In this document: in pieces, positions 36,441 to 49,930 of the stretch
Numbering within the stretch: position 1 is the first letter of the stretch
Layout of the letters: each line of letters opens with the position of its first letter
From: Malacoraja senta
Lineage: Eukaryota
DNA length: 64,000 nt
Assembly: GCA_038087875.1 (NCBI GenBank)
Contig: CM075998.1
Span: 3,908,001 to 3,972,000 of the forward strand
Direction: 5' to 3'
The notes under the pieces: generated by a model
Told to the model about the DNA's origin: nothing
The model's input: the letters and a program-made list of their open reading frames with translations, nothing else
Database searches by the model: none
Translations under genes and position numbers: made by a program

Positions 36441-36644
36441 CTGAATGGCTTCTGCATCCGGCCTGGCTGCGAGAGCGGCAGGAGCGACGCCACGGTGGGC
36501 TGGTGGTGCCGGGGGCCGCGCGGCAGAGAGGGGTGGGTCAGAGGCTGCGTGTTGCCAAACGTGGCGGACATCCCTTTGGGCTGAATGAGGAACTGCTGGT
36601 GCTTGGAGGGAGCCGCTGGAGAATGGGGAAACCCACACGACGAG
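36441..36644 (-). CDS. GLI1: GLI1 exon: SSCGFPHSPAAPSKHQQFLIQPKGMSATFGNTQPLTHPS... / ...DAEAIQ (internal frame disruption)
   Basis: tttgcttacag acceptor, CAG|gtatcc donor; FGNTQPLTHP resembles GLI FGHSPPLIHP; 204 nt ends in phase 2 while the next exon needs phase 0. Confidence 0.8.
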
Positions 36645-36765
36645 CTGTAAGCAAAAATCACGCAGGTTACAACATCGTGACTTTCTGGCATATCTTTCAT
36701 TCATCTGTTCCATCTCTCTACATCGCCGTCTATATCTCTCGTTTCCCTCTCCCCTGACTCTCAGT

Positions 36766-36793
36766 CTGAAGAAGGGTCTCGACCCGAAACGTC
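36766..36793 (+). ncRNA. Minimal type-I hammerhead ribozyme core within a Penelope-derived repeat
   Basis: CUGAAGA-A-GGGUC(UC)GACCC-GAAAC-GUC: conserved core boxes, 5-bp stem II and minimal palindromic stem III; stem I is weak in this copy. Confidence 0.5.
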
Positions 36794-37170
36794 ACCTATC
36801 CATGTTCTCCACAGATGCTGCCTGACCCGCTGAGTTACACCAGCACTCTGTGAAACGTCACCTATCCATGTTCTCCACAGATGCTGCCTGACCCGCTGAG
36901 TTACTCCAGCACTCTGGGAAACGTCACCTATCCATGTTCCGGCAGCATCTATGGAGTGAAGGAAATAGGCAACGTTTCGGTCCGAAACCCTTCCGGGTTT
37001 CGGCCCGAAACGTTGCCTATTTCCTTCAGGGTTTCGGCCTGAAAGGTTGCCCATTTCCTTCGCTCCACAGATGCTGCCTGACCCGCTGAGTTACTCCAGC
37101 ACTCTGTGAAACGTCACCTATCCATGTTCTCCACAGATGCTGCCTGACCCGCTGAGTTACTCCAGCACTT
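36786..37170 (+). repeat. Interrupted tandem 66-bp units derived from the Penelope-like terminal sequence
   Basis: gaaacgtcacctatccatgttctccacagatgctgcctgacccgctgagttactccagcactctgt repeated. Confidence 0.85.
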
Positions 37171-38038
37171 TGTGCCTTTTTTTTGTGAACCAACATCTGC
37201 AGTTTCTTGTTTCTACAGTAGGTTAGATATTGCCAGTGAGAATGACTAAACTAACACACAAAAAGGTAATGGTAGGAGCCAATTCTTCTACAAAACTGCA
37301 CGTTTTGGGGAGTGTGAGAGGAAACCGGAGCACCCGGAAAAAGACCATGCGGTCACAGGGAGAAGGTACAAACTCCGTACAGACAGGACCCGTAGTCAGG
37401 ATCGAACCCGGGTCTCTGGCGCTGTGAGGCAGCAACTCTACCGCTGCGCCACCACTCGATATTATATATAATATGGAAAAGTATTTTTGGTGAAAGTGTC
37501 CTATCCGTTTCCCCACATGTAGGGTAGGTGTACGTTGATGTTTATAAGGTCATAAGTGATAGGAGCAGAAGTAGGCCTTTTGGTCTACTCTGCCATTCAA
37601 TAGGCAATAGGTGCAGGAGTAGGCCATTTGGCCCTTCGAGCCAGCACCGCCATTCAATGTGATCATGGCGGATCATCCCCAATCAGTACCCCGTTCCTGC
37701 CTTCTCCCCATATCCCCTGACTCCACTATCTTTAAGAGCCCTATCTAGCTCTCTTGAAAGCATCCAGAGAACCTGCCTCCACCGCCTCCGAGGCAGAGAA
37801 TTCCACAGACTCACCACTCTGTATGAAAAAATGTTTCCTCATCTCCGTTCTAAATGGCTCACCCCTTATTCTTAAACTGTGGCCCCTGGTTCTGGACTCC
37901 CCCAACATCGGGAACATGTTTCCTGCCTCTAGCGTGTCCAAACCCATTCAATCGTGGCTGATCTATCTTTCCCTCACAAGCCGATTCTCCTGCTTTCTCC
38001 CCGTAACCCCTGACCGTTTGAAAGGGCCCCCTCCTCAC

Positions 38039-38246
38039 CTGATGCCCGTGATGGATAAGTGTCCGTAGGAGCCGCTGGTGTTGGAGGCGCAGTGGGAGTT
38101 GTTGATGAAGGCCACCAGGGAGCTGGGCGAGGTGCGGATCATGGTCTGAAGGTCGATGCTGGTGTCGGAGAGCGGTGAGATGGACAGGGCCCGCTTCTTG
38201 TTCATCTTCGCGGTACCGCGCGGAGTTGAGAATCTGGAAGCCAGAC
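38039..38246 (-). CDS. GLI1: GLI1 exon with [20 protein letters not shown] and the SUFU-binding SYGHL motif
   Basis: ORF 38035-38283; ccccag acceptor, AG|gtgagg donor, 208 nt; [19 protein letters not shown] is GLI1-like; SYGHL at 38056-38070. Confidence 0.96.
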
Positions 38247-39184
38247 CTGGGGCGCAAAGGAAACAGTCAGGGCAGCTCAACAATTACGCCGAACATAGAC
38301 TCGTAATGCTCAGCGGGTCAGGCAGCATCTCCGGAGAGAAGGAATGGGTGACGTTTCCGGGTGGAGACCCTTCTTCAGGCTGAGTGAGGGTCAGGGGGGG
38401 GAGGGAGACTAGAGGTGTGAAAAGGTTCAGGACAAATCAGAGCCGGCACCGATGACCTGGGAAGGGTGGAGCCCACAATGGTCCATTGTTGGCTGTGGAA
38501 GAGGTGATAATGAAGGGATGTACGGATGTGAACAGTGGAACTGGCAGGAGGACTAGGGTGGCGGAGGGGCGGAGAGAGAGAAAATGCACGGGTTACTTGA
38601 AGTTAGAGAAATCAGTAATTATATCGCTGGATTGTAAGCTAAATATGAGGTGCTGTTCCTCCAATTTGCGCTGGGCCTCACTCTGACAGTGGAGGAGGCC
38701 CTGGACAGAAAGGTCAGTGTGGGAATTCACACGCCAGGGACAATTTACAGGGGGCCAATTAACCTACAAACCCACACATCTTTGGGAGTGTGGGAGGAAA
38801 TCGGAGCATCCGGAGGAAACCAACGCACCATACCAAGTCGGCTTCATACTGGGCCATTTGCCATAGTCCTCTTAGCCTTTCCTATCCATATATTACTGTC
38901 CAAATGTCTTTCAAAGACAATGTGGAGGTTGGGGACAAGGAACCAGTGGGGGAGGGGGTGTGAGATGACCGTGACATGTTTAGTTTTGGAGATACAGCAT
39001 GGAAACAGGCCCTTCGGCCCACCGAGTCCACGCCAACCATCAATCACCCATTCACACTAGTTCTATGTTATCCCACTTTCCCTACACACTGGGGACAATT
39101 ATAGAGGACCAATTAACCAATAGCACCCGGAGGAAACCACATCCCAAAGACAGGGGTGTCAGGGGGGGGGGGGGGTTTGTTTTT

Positions 39185-39810
39185 TAGAAAATAGGTGCAG
39201 GAGTAGGCCATTCGGCCCTTCGAGCCTGCACCGCCATTCAATATGATCATGGCTGATCATCCAACTCAGTATCCTGTACCTGCCTTCTCTCCATACCCCC
39301 TGATCCCTTTAGCCACAAGGGCCACATCTAACTCCCTCTTAAATATAGCCAATGAACTGGCCTCAACTACCCTCTGTGGCAGAGAATTCCACAGATTCAC
39401 CACTCTCTGTGTGAAAAATGTTTTTCTCATATTAGATAATAGATAAAGGATTTCCCCCTTATCCTTAAACTGTGACCCCTTGTCCTGGACTTCCCCAACA
39501 TCGGGAACAATCTTCCTGCATCTAGCCTGTCCAACCCCTTAAGAATTTGGTAAGTTTCTATAAGATCCCCCCTCAATCTTCTAAATTCTAGCGAGTACAA
39601 GCCGAGTCTATCCAGTCTTTCTTCATATGAAAGTCCTGCCATCCCAGGAATCAGTCTGGTGAACCTTCTCTGCACTCCCTCTATGGCTATAATGTCCTTC
39701 CTCAGATTTGGAGACCAAAACTGTACGCAATACTCCAGGTGTGGTCTCACCAAGACCCTGTACAACTGCAGTAGAACCTCCTGCTCCTATACTCAAATCC
39801 TTTTGCTATG
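39185..39810 (-). mobile_element. CR1-clade LINE 3' fragment
   Basis: LVRPHLEYCVQFWSPNLRKDIIAIEGVQRRFTRLIPG. Confidence 0.9.
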
Positions 39811-40570
39811 AAAGGTTACGGGGAGAAGGCAGGAGAATGGGGTTGAGAGGGAAAGATAGATCAGGCATGATTGAATTACGGAGTAGACTTGATGGGCTGA
39901 ATGGCCTAATTCCACTCCTATAACTTATGAACTTATGAAACTGTAGCACCCGGAGGAAACCCACGCGGTCACAGGGAGAACGTGCAGACTCCACACACAC
40001 AGACAGTACCCGGGGTCAGGATTGTACCCGGGTCTGTGGCGCTGTGGGGCAGCAACTCTACCGCTGCGCCACCGTGCCACCCTTAGGCTGTTAAGTTGCA
40101 GATAGGTCGTGAAGTCAACGTTGTCAGGACAAAGCCCGGGCATTGTCCATTGTACTTCACGGATTGCCACAGGAAAAGCTGGGAATGATCCCAAGTCAGA
40201 TTGACCTTCACTAAACCTGAACACAGATGCACGGTGGCGCAGCAGTAGAGTTGCTGCCTTACAGCGCTCACAGCGCCAGAGACCCAGGTTCGATCCTGAC
40301 TACGGGCGCTGTCTGTACGGAGTTTGCACGTTCTCCCCGTGACCTGCGTGGGTTTTCTCCGAGATCTTCGGTTCCCTCCCAACCCTTAAAGACGTGCGGG
40401 TTTGTCGGTTAATTGGCTTGGCGTAAAAATGTAAAAAGATGTCCCTAGTGTAGGATAGTGTGAGTGTGCGGGGATCGCTGGGCGGCGCGGTTTCTGTGAT
40501 GTATCGCTAAACTAAACGAAACGAAACAATACCAGTAATGTTCCAGAAGGCCCCAGACTGGGGAACTCAC

Positions 40571-40671
40571 CCTCCATGGAGTGCATGTGCTCAGCTGAGG
40601 ACTGCAGTGTGACATCCCGCCATGGGCAGCGTGTATGTTGGCTTGGTGGTAGAAGCTCACAGTGTAAGGCC
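40571..40671 (-). CDS. GLI1: GLI1 exon: PYTVSFYHQANIHAAHGG / ...QSSAEHMHSME (one base short)
   Basis: ctttgcag acceptor, G|gtgagt donor; FYHQAN resembles GLI1 FCHQAN; 101 nt where the phases require a multiple of 3. Confidence 0.75.
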
Positions 40672-40967
40672 CTGCAAAGCAACGAGAGGAAGCAGCAGTG
40701 ATTCCACCCGCACAACGCGGAATAAAATCCAGCCGTGGGTATCTGCCGGCAACTCCATCAACTCGAGAGCGTTTTATTGTCGTGTGTCCCAGACAGAACA
40801 ATGATATTCTAACTTACAGCAGCACGACACAATATGGAAACATAGTACACTGTAAACATAATAAACAAGAAACAAACTTCAGTGTGTATTTTATATATAG
40901 GTGTGTATATATGTATATGTATATGTATACATGTACATATACACATATACACACACACATATATATG

Positions 40968-41000
<33 letters not shown>

Positions 41001-41065
41001 TTGTGTATATATATGTACATGTATATGTCTATGTATATTTATACATAGACATATACAGATATATA

Positions 41066-42568
41066 CTGGACTAAGTGGGACCCGTTGGGTCCCATGTTCA
41101 CACGGGAGGGCTGGTCCCCCAACGCAATATTCCACCTCTCCACCAATTCCAATATTGGTGGCGAGTGGGGGGAGGAGGCTTTCTGGAGCACTAGTATGGG
41201 TTGTGGGCTGAAGCTACTGGTTTTCCAGAAGGCTAGTATGGACATTGTGGGCCAAATGGATTCTTGGGGTGGCAGCTCAGTCACTCAAGCCTGATGAGCT
41301 GGCAGCTCACTCACGGATGGTGGGCTGGCAATTGACTCACGGCTATTCCTTGAAATTCCATTTCAAGCAGGGTGCAAGGTCACAAAATTCAAATGCAGTT
41401 TCCTACCATTTCAATCAGAGTGCAAGGCCACCAAATTCAAGTGCAGTTTCTTACCACTTCAAGCAGGGTGCAAGGCCACCAAATTCAAGTACAGTTTCAT
41501 ACCACTTCAAGCAGGGTGCAAGGCCACCAAATTCAGGTGCAGTTTCCTACCACTTCAAGCAGGGTGCATGGCCACCGAATTCAAGTGCAGTTTCCGACCA
41601 CTTCAAGCAGGGTGCAAGGCCACCAAATTCAAGTGCAGTTTCCTACCACTTCAAGCAGGGTGCAAGGCCACCAAATTCAAGTCCAGTTTCCTACCACTTC
41701 AAGAAGGGTGCAAGGCCACCAAATTCAAATGCATTCATACCATTTCAGGCAGGGTGAAACCACCATAAAACCACACAAAACACCACATAAACACCACACT
41801 CACAGTTCAGTAGACATTCAGTGTGTTCAGTTGATTCACAGCTCAGACAGAGTCGTGACCTCTCCCTCCCCCATCTTGCAGAGACTGAGCCACACCCACA
41901 CTTCCTGGTTTTATAATCCCTCCCCCCTCACACCAGAAGGGGCGTGGCCTTCATGGCGTGATTGACAGGAGAGAGATTCTCAACATTTTTTAAACGCTAA
42001 TAACACTTTTATTTTTCATTGATGGGAAGAATCCTCTGCACCTGATGAGCGGAGGGGGACTGAGTAAGATGGCCAAAAATCACAGCCGTAATCAATATAC
42101 AGTGCAAACAGGAAGTTGTCAAGTTTAGACTTTTTATCATTTGCCATTTCAAACCAACCACCACCAACCATTTGCTGTGCTTTTATTTCAAACCAACCAC
42201 ATTTTCATTTTCAAACCACATTAAGGGCACTCAAGGTCAGTAAAACCACACTCACAGTTTAGTACACATGTGTTCAGTGTTATTCACAGCTCAGACTGAG
42301 AGACGTGACCCTCTCGCTTCCCCCATCTTGCAGAGACTTTCGGGTTTTATAGTCCCTCCGGAAGAGGCGTGGCCTTCAGGAGAGAGAATCTCAACATTTT
42401 TTAAACACTAATAACTCTTTTATTTTTCATCGATGGGAAAAATCCTCTTGTCCTGCACAGCGGAGTGGGACTCTAAGATGGCCAAAAATCACAGCCGTAA
42501 GTGGCAGCGTTTTTTCTAAAATCAATATACAGAACAACAGGAAGTGGTCAAGATCAGACTTTTAGTAA
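41066..42568 (-). mobile_element. Non-autonomous Helitron-like element with an internal 48-bp array and a ~250-300-bp internal duplication
   Basis: On the - strand it ends with hairpin GGGACCC-AAC-GGGTCCC (41077-41093), 7 nt, then CCAG|T (CTRR-like); the other end is lost at a CR1 junction. Confidence 0.6.
41358..41755 (+). repeat. 48-bp minisatellite, about 8 copies
   Basis: Unit ccacttcaagcagggtgcaaggccaccaaattcaagtgcagtttccta; produces 16-aa periodic pseudo-ORFs. Confidence 0.95.
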
Positions 42569-43025
42569 AGTGGGCTTGTATTCATTGGAATTTAGAAGGA
42601 TGAGGGGATATCTTATAGAAACTAATAAAATTATAAAAGGACTGGACAAGCTAGATGCAGGAACATTTTCCCCCAATGTTGGGGGAGTCCAGAACCAGGG
42701 GCCACACAGTCTAAGAATAAAGGGAGGCCATTTAAGACTGTGAGAAAAAACGTTTTCACCCAGAGAGTTGTGAATTTGTGGAATTCTCTGCCACAGAGGG
42801 CAGTGGAGGCCAAATCACTGGATGAATTTAAAAGAGAGTTAGATAGAGCTCTAGGGGCTAGCAGAATCAAGGGATATGGGGAGAAGGCAGGAACGGGGTA
42901 CTGATTGGGGATGATCAGCCATGATCACAATGAATGGCCAAATGACCTCCTCCTACACCTATTGTCTATGTTTGTGTACGCAGCAAAGAGTCTCACTGTG
43001 CCCAGTAACATAAATGTGTACTGAC

Positions 43026-43201
43026 CATCGGCAGGTGCCAGTGGGTGTGGCACAGGAAGGCTGGCACACTGCCCATGGCTGGGCCGGAGCTGATGGTCCA
43101 CATATGGGCTCGGGAGGTGGTGGAGGGCGGCACACCCGGCGTGGCCCTCCACGTGGCCGAAGGGGACGTCGGAGCGAGCCGGGCCGTCTGACGGAGCACA
43201 C
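43026..43201 (-). CDS. GLI1: GLI1 exon: CAPSDGPARSDVPFGHVEGHAGCAALHHLPSPYVDHQLRPSHGQCASLPVPHPLAPAD
   Basis: tttcctctccgtcag acceptor, G|gtcagt donor, 176 nt; phases fit both neighbours; SPYVDHQLR and LAPAD resemble GLI2/3 NPYMDYIRS and LSPTD. Confidence 0.8.
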
Positions 43202-43423
43202 CTGACGGAGAGGAAAGAAAACGCATCAAAACCGCCAGCAAAACGAGACACCATTCCTGAAGAGAAAAGGGAGTTCAACTCGCTGTGAGCAGCGGAGGCA
43301 GTTCTGTTGCGCGGTGACGTGGAGCCACCGTTTCCCCGCGCTGTGTGGCCCGCACCTGCCATGTAGCCGACTCCAGACTGCGGTGTGAGGGTCTCCGCTG
43401 CTGGTTCCAGCCTCGTTTGCCGG

Positions 43424-44130
43424 GGGTCCATGTTCATCAGTCAATGAAAGTAAGCATGCAGGTACAGCAGGCAGTGAAAAAAGTGAATGGCATGTTGGCC
43501 TTTATAACAAGAGGAGTTGAGTATGGGAGCAAAGAGGTCCTTCTGCAGTTGTACAGGGCCCTAGTAAGACCACACCTGGAGTATTGTGTGCAGTTTTGGT
43601 CTCCAAATTTGAGGAAGGACATTCTTGCTATTGAGGGAGTGCAGCGTAGGTTTACAAGGTTAATTCCCGGGATGGTGGGACTGTCATATGCTGAGAGAAT
43701 GGAGCGGCTGGGCTTGTACACTCTGGAGTTTAGAAGGATGAGAGGGTATCTCATTGAAACATATAAGATTATTAAGGGTCAGGACACGCTAGAGGCAGGA
43801 AACATGTTCCCGGTGTTGGGGGAGTCCAGAACCAGGGGCCACGGTTTAAGAAATAAGGGGTCGGCCATTTAGAACGGAGACGAGGAAACACTTTTTCACA
43901 CAGAGAGTGGTGAGTCTGTGGAATTCTCAGCCTCAGAGGGCGGTGGAGGCCGGTTCTCTGGATGCTTTCAAGAGAGAGCTAGATAGGGCTCTTAAAGATA
44001 GCGGAGTCAGGGGATATGGGGAGAAGGCAGGAACGGGGTACTGATTGGGGATGATCAGCCATGATCACATTGAATGGCGGTGCTGGCTCGAAGGGCCGAA
44101 TGGCCTACTCCTGCACCTGTTGTCTATTGT
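43424..44130 (+). mobile_element. CR1-clade LINE 3' fragment
   Basis: ORF 43345-43872 QVQQAVKKVNGMLAFI..LYRALVRPHLEYCVQFWSP; full 3' tail. Confidence 0.92.
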
Positions 44131-44506
44131 CCCCAAAAACACCACCGCGGGGTTGCCTTCTGTGCAGCCCCCCGTCGTACCTTTCGCTAGTTGTCCGTGC
44201 TTGAAGCGGGCAAGGGGCGGGGAGGCGGGGTGGAGGGGGAGAGAGCACAAGAGGAGCGGGTTCATAGACTGTGGGCACCGGTGGAGAGAGGGAAGGGAGG
44301 AACGAGGTGAAGGGAAGAGAAGAGGAGGAGATGGGGGCGGGGGCGGGGAAGGAGAGGTGGGGAGGAAACGAGGAAGAGGAACAAAAGAGGGAGCAGAGAT
44401 GAGGGGGCAAATGAGGAGGAAGAATGAGGGGGAGGAAAAGGGTGGGTGGGGAAGTGAGGAGGGGGTGGGATGAGGGGAATGAAGAGATGAAGGGATTAGA
44501 CACAGC

Positions 44507-44900
44507 GTGCTGGAGTAACTCAGCGGGTCAGGCAGCATCTGTGGAGAACATGGATAGGTGACGTTTCACAGAGTGCTGGAGTAACTCAGCGAGTCAGGCA
44601 GCATCTGTGGAGAACATGGATAGGTGATGTTTCACAGAGTGCTGGAGTAACTCAGCCGGTCAGGCAGCATCTGTGGAGAACATGGATAGGTGATGTTTCA
44701 CAGAGTGCTGGAGTAACTCAGCGGGTCAGGCAGCATCTGTGGAGAACATGGATAGGTGATGTTTCACAGAGTGCTGGAGTAACTCAGCGAGTCAGGCAGC
44801 ATCTGTGGAGAACATGGATAGGTGATGTTTCACAGAGTGCTGGAGTAACTCAGCGGGTCAGGCAGCATCTGTGGAGAGAAGGAATGGGTGACGTTTCGGG
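44507..44900 (-). repeat. Tandem array of 66-bp Penelope-derived units (5 full plus 1 partial)
   Basis: Units start at 44507, 44573, 44639, 44705, 44771 and 44837. Confidence 0.92.
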
Positions 44901-45542
44901 TCTCGAAACGCTGCCCATTCCTTCTCTCCAGAGATGCCGCCCGTCCCGCTGAGTTACTCCAGCACTTTGCGCCTATCTTCGGTGTAAACCAGCGTCTGCA
45001 GTTCCTTCCTGCACGGATGGATGATGGGATTGGACAGGGTTGAAGGTACGGAGTGATCCGCGGAGGAAGATGTCGTCTGGACCGCGGCACGGACATTATT
45101 TTTGCGCCGTCACTGGCAGGGTGAGGGAGCGGGGGGGGGGGGTCCCCTGCTGTGTTTTTGCGCACCAATGCTGGCGTTACCGGCGTGCCAGTTCTGCGCC
45201 GAGCCTTGCATTCAACAGCCCGCTAGATGACACCGTTCCACCTCACTGCGAATCTGCACCCGCGTGGAGTCCGGGCCCGGCGCCGGGGACGGGACACCAC
45301 CGCGGGGTTGCCGCGTTAGCCGGGCAGCGGCTGAGGAGAGGGGCGATGATGTCTCGCCCACCCAGGCCGCAGAGGCCAAAGCAGCCGGTGCTTCCAGCCC
45401 TCACCTGGTGAACGGTACCACACACACACATTGTGCCTCTGCCAGTGAGTGTCCACACTGCACCTGGACACCAGGTGTGTGCCTGTACACAATGCCTGCA
45501 CCGGTGTGAATGACGGGTGCTCTGTGAGCAGGTGTGAATAAC

Positions 45543-47070
<1,528 letters not shown>

Positions 47071-47203
47071 TCCATGACACTGCCTCAGTGAGTGGGTCTA
47101 CAAGTACCATGTGGCAGTGGGTGTGCGTTTAGATGTACATTTGCTTGTAGTGGGTGCATGTATCTGGACATGTGGATAAGCAATGTGTGCATGCTACATG
47201 TGA

Positions 47204-47255
<52 letters not shown>

Positions 47256-47552
47256 ATGTACAAGCCTGTGTACGGGAGTAAGTGTGTGTGCATATATGTG
47301 AACGTGTGGCAGTGTGCGCGCGCGTGCGTGTGTGTGCGTGTGTTGGAGGGCATGCGTGTGTGTGCATGCGTGTGCGTGTGTTGGAGGGCATGTGTGTACG
47401 TGTGCGTGCGTGTTTGTGAGAGAGTACGTGTGCGTGCATGTAGCTGCATTGAGCTTGGGTCTAGGCTTGTGCCATCAGGAGGGAGGAGGGATGTAAGGTG
47501 CCCGGGTGCAGGTGCCAGCTCCGCTAGCATCCCGCCCTCCCTCGTGACTTAC

Positions 47553-47658
47553 CCCCGCACTGTTTGAGGGACGCTGGGGTCGTAGAGATTGCCACAGTCA
47601 TGGAGCAAAGAATCGGCTGGCATCGAGGCTTGAAAAGCCGAGTAATGTTGCTGGGCAC
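47553..47658 (-). CDS. GLI1: GLI1 N-terminal exon: AQQHYSAFQASMPADSLLHDCGNLYDPSVPQTVR
   Basis: tccccag acceptor, GG|gtaagt donor, 106 nt, phase 1 to 2; resembles the GLI2 exon [29 protein letters not shown]. Translation could start at the internal ATG (MPAD). Confidence 0.8.
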
Positions 47659-49289
47659 CTGGGGAGGAGGGAGAAGAGAAGACAAGCACATTAGGCACGG
47701 GATGAGGTGCCCGTCTTGGCACTGAATAATCCCAAGCCACAGGCACGGTGGCACAGGGGCGGGCGGCAGATCTCCGTACCAGTGTTGCCCACATTGTCAC
47801 AGTGCCAGCATCTAGTGCCCGTCCCGTCTGCCCGTGAGGAGGTGGGGGTGAGCCACCCTCTGGTGCAGCTACTGTCGGGGAGGGACCTCCAGGATTTAGG
47901 TCTAAACGATCGGTGAACGATGCCAGGGTGGTGTTGCCCCTCTGCCCAGTGCCCAGTGCCCTTGCTGGTGGGAGGGGGTCAGGCCTTTTGGCCAGGCTGC
48001 TCCGGGAGGTGACTGTTCAGCGCTGCGTTTGATTTAGTTCAGTTGAGTTGATTGTCACGTGTACGGAGGTACAGTGAAAAGCTTTTGTTGCGTGCTAACC
48101 AGTCAGCGGGAAGACAAGACATGGCACAGTGTCCATCTCAGCGCAGTGCCACCAAGGAGCAGTGCCAGGACTTAGCAGCTGGACTTAGCGCCTGATCCCT
48201 GGAGAGAGTCTCCGAGCCCTAACTAGAGGGTGCCAGCTGCAGTGCCAGCGAGATCACTGACCCCAGCATGGCGACGAGTGCCCACATTGGCACGCCGAGG
48301 GAAAAAAAAACCCCACTAGAGGTGCAGGGTGGGGTGAGGTGGGGCTTCACGGAGCGGGCGGGTGCCCACCGCCCTCCATTTTGTTGGCACCACCGGCCCA
48401 TGCACTTTCACACTGGCTTTCTCTTCCGCGCATGCATCTGCTTCCAGTGTCTTCAGCGGGACGGTGAGGCCAGCGGGTAGTCCTGATGTACCGGGGGGGG
48501 GGGGGGGGTGAGTGGACGCGGCACCGCCCCTGGCACCAAAGCGCCCGCCAACGACACAGGCTGGCAGCAGGATGGACACAGGCGGAAGGTGCAACTGTGC
48601 CACCTGATGCCCACAGCTGCCGACTAAACCCGACAACCAGAAAGTACTCTTTGCAAGCGGCCCGACAATATCCTTCGTACAAAGCCTTCACTGCCACAAA
48701 ACATCAACACAAAACCATCACACTTTATTTAGTTGGTTCAGTTTAATGCCACGTGTATCGAGGTACAGTGAAAAGCTTTTGTTGCGTGCTAACCAGTCAG
48801 CGGAAAGACAATACTTGTTTACAATCGAGCCGTCCACAGTGTACAGATACATGATAAGGGAATAACGTTTAGTGCAAGGAAAGTCCGATCAAAGACAGTC
48901 CGAGTGTCTCCAATGAGGTAGATGGTAGGTCTGGACACATAGGTGGCCACATCTGGAACCGCGGATACAGTCGTTTTCTAGTTTAGAGATACAGCGCAGG
49001 AACAGACCCTTCGGCCCAGCGAGTCCGCACCGACCAGCGATCCCCGCACACTAACGCGACCTTACACACACCGGGGACAATGACACCAAGCCAATTAACT
49101 TTGAGCTTACAAACCTGAGCTGCTGGAGGAAACCCACGCAGGTCACGGGGAGAAGGTACAAACTCCGTACAGACAGCACCCGGTGGTCAGGATGGAACCC
49201 GGGTCTCTGGCGCTGTGAGGCAGCAACTCTACCGCTGCGCCATCGTGCCACCCCTTTAAACAATTTAAAGTAGGCTGCAGGATACAGGA

Positions 49290-49930
49290 TACATCGACTG
49301 GATCCGCTGTTCCAGGTGTGGGCTCCTATATATCGGCGAGACCAAGCGCAGGTTCGGCGATCGTTTCGCTGAACACCTCCGCCCAGTCTGCCTAACCTAC
49401 CTGATCTCCCGGTTGCTGAACACCTTAACTCCCCCTCCCCTCCCATTCCCACACTGACCTTTCTTTCCTGGGCCTCCTCCATTGTCAGAGTGAGGCCCAG
49501 CGCAAATTGGAGGAACAGCATCTCATATTTCACTTGGGCAGTGGTATGAATATTGACTTCTCTAACTTCAAGTAGCCCTCTCTCCATCCCTCCCCCTTCC
49601 CAGTTCTCCGACCAGTCTGACTGTCCCCCGGATTACATATATTTGCGTTACTCCAGCATTTTGTGTCTATCTTCAGTTTAAACCAGCATCTGCAGTTCCT
49701 TCTTATACATTTCATCTCTGTTTGCTTTGGTGTCATCTTCTCCCAACTAACAATGACCTATTCCACATTTTCCGTGTTTTTCATCTCTTTTGATGTCGCG
49801 CTTTCACACCTTCCCCTTTCTGATCTCTGTGTCTCCCTCTCCCCGGACTCCCAGTCTGAAGAAGGGTCTCGACACGAAACGTTACCCACTCTTTCCCTCC
49901 AGAGATGCTGCCCGTCCCGCTGAGTTACCG
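49290..49930 (+). mobile_element. Penelope-like element fragment with GIY-YIG endonuclease remnant
   Basis: WIRCSRCGLLYIGETKRRFGDRFAEHLR from 49299, then RKLEEQHLIF, then a hammerhead-like terminal motif at 49856-49883. Confidence 0.88.

Noticed and set aside
41245..41965. ORFs with 16-aa periodicity
   Set aside because: A by-product of the 48-bp minisatellite; open in several frames with no splice or homology support.
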